DNA from: Marsupella aquatica
Lineage: Eukaryota; Plantae; Marchantiophyta
Direction: 5' to 3'
Assembly: GCA_973895155.1 (NCBI GenBank)
Contig: OZ316891.1
Location: 8,557,875 to 8,621,874 of the forward strand
DNA: 64,000 bases
The notes below the pieces were generated by a model. The model had not been told where the DNA came from and made no database searches. It worked only from the letters and a program-made list of their open reading frames with translations. Shown piece by piece: positions 63,917 through 64,000 of this stretch (position 1 is its first letter; each line of letters begins with the position of its first letter). A program made the position numbers and the translations under genes.

Positions 63917-64000
63917 CTGAACAAAACCCCCAAACCAATTAGAACCTGTCATCTGCATTATGTACTGTTTACTTTGTTTCGGATTTTGCTAGGGACAGCT

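Overview
Eukaryotic, intron-containing land-plant genomic DNA, probably from a non-seed plant such as a bryophyte (inferred from gene style; not certain). Six protein-coding genes can be rebuilt from GT-AG splicing. (1) An 11-exon metallo-beta-lactamase-fold / glyoxalase II-like hydrolase (+). (2) An intronless APD1/Aim32-type sucrase/ferredoxin-like 2Fe-2S protein (+). (3) A multi-exon NFRKB-like (INO80-associated) gene (-) with frame-symmetric repeat exons and a Ser-Pro heptad tail. (4) 6-phosphofructo-2-kinase/fructose-2,6-bisphosphatase (F2KP, +). (5) A universal stress protein (-). (6) The 3' end of an oligopeptidase B/protease II gene (-). Intergenic DNA holds decayed LINE fragments, local tandem duplications, dispersed TIR-like termini (TAGGGYGTCTCAA), a ~290-bp tandem array, and a tRNA-derived SINE family with target-site duplications and an adjacent empty-site paralog. 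The most interesting items are the multivalent 'LKxK' repeat exons and CTD-like heptads of the NFRKB-like protein, the SINE family, the actinobacterial-like glyoxalase II, and an isolated CpG-rich hairpin cluster at 50.6-51.0 kb. All homology statements come from motif recognition or memory, not from database searches.
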